The translations under genes and the position numbers were made by a program. From assembly GCA_973895155.1 (NCBI GenBank), contig OZ316892.1:28710832-28774831 (forward strand): DNA of 64,000 nt, given 5' to 3'. The stretch is from Marsupella aquatica. Lineage: Eukaryota; Plantae; Marchantiophyta. Position 1 is the first letter of the stretch, and every line of letters begins with the position of its first letter. The notes beneath the pieces are model-generated. The model was not told where the DNA came from, did no database searches, and worked only from the letters and a program-made list of their open reading frames with translations. Positions 61,694-64,000 of this stretch are shown here, in pieces.

Positions 61694-62932
61694 ACTATTG
61701 GCAATAAACAGAGGCGTTTCTGGCGGTAAAATCTGAGAAATTAACCAAGCGGCTTTACTCTCAATGATTTCATCTATTTTCCCCATCGTCTGGTCAATAG
61801 ATGTCCTAACTTGCGTTTCGGCATCACACCATTTGTTTCTATAGTCTGAAGAACCAGATAAATTTATCTCTTCTACTTTGATGTCTTCTACAGATATGCG
61901 TAAATGTGTTGTTCTCCCGTGCAAAGGATCAAGGTTTTGGTAACAGGGATCAATTACCCAGCGTCGCGATTGGGTTGCATCTATCCAGGTACGCAGTTCT
62001 TTACTAGTAGGCATTTCTCCCACCTGAATCACCATTTCGGGCGCTAACTGCTTTGCTAGTTGCTGATTTCGCAAAATCAGGTCATAAGTAGAAATTAAAT
62101 AGGGGTTGAGTTCGGCATAATTTCTGACTGGGGAAAGTCCCTCTGCTAGCACAGGCCATTTGAGAGTTTGGGAAAGGTGCGCGATCGCTCTACAATATTC
62201 TTGTGGTTGCTGTGGTTGGGCAACACCTGCAATGATCATGCCGCGATCGCATTCTTTCCATTGTTGGGGAATGGGGAGTAGGGAGTGGGGAGTTGGGAAT
62301 CCGGTAGTACTTGCTATTCCGGCAAAAAAGTCTTTTGGGTGAAACTGTGATTGCAAATGACTCAAGTCAGTTCCATCAGGAACAGGCGCTAAGGGATCGC
62401 GAAAGGGAATATTCAAATGTACTGGTCCGGTTGTCGGAGTTTGCGCTCTTTCCCAGCTATGAATTACCACTTGTCGCAGATAAGCTAGCATTCCCACATC
62501 GGCGGAGGGTAAGGCTAACTCTGTTTGCCAATTTGGGTAGTTTCCATATAATCTCAATTGATCTACAGTTTGCCCAGAGTGACAATCGCGCAATTCTGGC
62601 GGTCTATCGGTGGTTAATATCAACAGTGGTACCCGACTATATGAGGCTTCAATGACTGCTGAATAAAAATTTGCTCCGGCGGTACCAGAGGTGCAAAGAA
62701 CTACCACAGGACGCCCGGTTGCTTTGGCTTGTCCCAAGGCAAAAAAGGCGGCGGAACGTTCATCAAGAATGGAAATCGCTTCCAGATCAGGTGCTTGTTG
62801 AGCAAAGGCGATCGCTAACGGTGTAGAGCGCGATCCCGGACAAATGATGGCACAAGTCAACCCCAAACGCTTTAACGTCTCTGTTAAAATATAAGCCCAA
62901 AGTTGATTAATATTCCTATAAGCGATCGCCAT
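61694..62932 (-). pseudogene. menD: SEPHCHC synthase MenD, cyanobacterial, 3'-truncated at the junction
   Basis: ICPGSRSTPL, DERSAAFFALG, CTSGTAGANF, DRPPELRDCHSGQT, GPVHLNIPFRDPL. Homology stops at PLFIANS, where MenD normally continues MPVRD. Confidence 0.92.
62266..62297. repeat. STRR-like heptamer array within menD
   Basis: ggggaat/ggggagt/agggagt/ggggagt/tgggaat units, typical of heterocystous cyanobacteria. Confidence 0.7.
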
Positions 62933-62996
62933 CAAATCAAACATAGGTAGATGTACAATTCTACCAGAAAAAGACTTTGTTTCCTCTCAAACTTTT

Positions 62997-63365
62997 ATGG
63001 ACTGCATTTATTTAACGGGAATTCGGTGCTATGGTTACACTGGGTATCTGCAAGAAGAACAGGTACTAGGACAATGGTTTGAGGTGGATGTCAAGTTATG
63101 GTTGGATATCTCCACAGCGGCCAAGACCGACGCGATCGCCAACACTGTAGATTATCGCAGTGTTATTAGCTTGATACAACATCTAGTTAAAACATCTAAA
63201 TTTGCTTTAGTGGAGAAATTGGTAACAACGATCGCAGATTCTATTCTCCAAGAATGCGATCGTGTAACACAAGTCCAAGTCATTCTGAGCAAACCTGCCG
63301 CCCCTATCCCAGACTTTGGTGGCAAAATTAGCATTGAGCTGACTAAAAGTAAGTCTAATATCTAA
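62997..63365 (+). CDS. folB: Dihydroneopterin aldolase, cyanobacterial
   Basis: MDCIYLTGIRCYGYTG...EEQVLGQWFEVD...TVDY...FALVE...KPAAP; intact 122 aa. Confidence 0.95.
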   Translation: MDCIYLTGIRCYGYTGYLQEEQVLGQWFEVDVKLWLDISTAAKTDAIANTVDYRSVISLIQHLVKTSKFALVEKLVTTIADSILQECDRVTQVQVILSKPAAPIPDFGGKISIELTKSKSNI

Positions 63366-63536
63366 AGCACAAAATGTGTTTTTTATCAATATCTATAAGT
63401 TAGCAAACAGAGGGAGTTTAGGTAGAGCGTGGAAGTATAGCAGGGGACTCGATACTTATTCAGGTGATGTGGAAAAGCTAACGATTGACCTAACCCCCTA
63501 ATAGCATTTCACTTTAATAATCAGACAAATACGTTG

Positions 63537-63670
63537 GTAGGGGCTTGTCTTTGCCATGCCCCTACGAGAAATCTATATGTATCAGGATTTTCGTGAATTG
63601 GTATAACCCCCTTTCCAACACGGGAAGGGGAAAATTTAAAGTCTCTATCCTTAAAGGAAGTGAGGTTTTC
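63537..63670. repeat. Nostoc-type intergenic palindromic/dispersed repeats
   Basis: Hairpins gtaggggc...gcccctac (63537-63565) and cccctttcc...ggaagggg (~63608-63631). Confidence 0.5.
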
Positions 63671-64000
63671 AAGATACCGTGAAAACTCAGATAATGATTA
63701 ATATTTAGTAGTAATTGAACTCAGGGAGTTTATTAAAAACAAAACATCATATATTATTTTCTTAACTTAAATTAAAATATGATACTGTAATTGCATGGAT
63801 TTTTGTTGCGAATTAATTTTTACATAATTTGTACTATACTTGGTATTTATGCTTCTCTGAAGAAAAATCACCACATATTTCTAGAATCAGTTTTTGAGCG
63901 CTGGTAATTACATGGTAATTTTTACTTGATGTTAATGGCTTGCTATTAACTGCATGCACTAATCAGAACTAGCTTTAACAAGCACATAAATTGTCAGAGG

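Larger units (their letters stand above)
61694..64000. other. Cyanobacterial (Nostocales-like) DNA segment joined to plant sequence
   Basis: Intronless divergent menD/folB. HIP1 GCGATCGC at 62181, 62243, 62808, 62922 and 63132. STRR-like 7-mer array at 62266-62297. Confidence 0.93.

Noticed and set aside
61694-64000. Plastid-derived insertion or plant PHYLLO gene
   Set aside because: HIP1/STRR signatures, the folB neighbour, and the lack of introns or a transit peptide indicate free-living cyanobacterial DNA.

Overview
Eukaryotic land-plant nuclear DNA. It has short GT-AG introns, plant-type genes and a plant tRNA, and the gene content suggests a bryophyte, possibly a liverwort (inference). 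At about 61,694 it switches abruptly to heterocystous cyanobacterial (Nostoc-like) DNA carrying a 3'-truncated menD, an intact folB, HIP1 octamers and STRR-like repeats. Spliced genes in the plant part reconstruct in frame: ADP-ribosylglycohydrolase, ATP12/ATPAF2, LEA_1 and a GT8 glycosyltransferase. There are also an intronless PAN/Apple-like membrane protein gene, tRNA-Gly(GCC), and frameshifted F-box/kelch and 2OG-Fe(II) dioxygenase genes. Several genes look microbial in origin: a fungal-type secreted PAF-acetylhydrolase, a bacterial-type ARH that has gained introns, a Crinkler-like NTPase-REase, and an orphan ORF with a fungal-like motif. Mobile DNA is dense: CRE-like RT/RLE retrotransposons, a truncated copia, Helitron-like elements, MITEs with readable TSDs, a SINE-like head and many tandem repeats. 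All homology calls come from motif recognition, not database searches.
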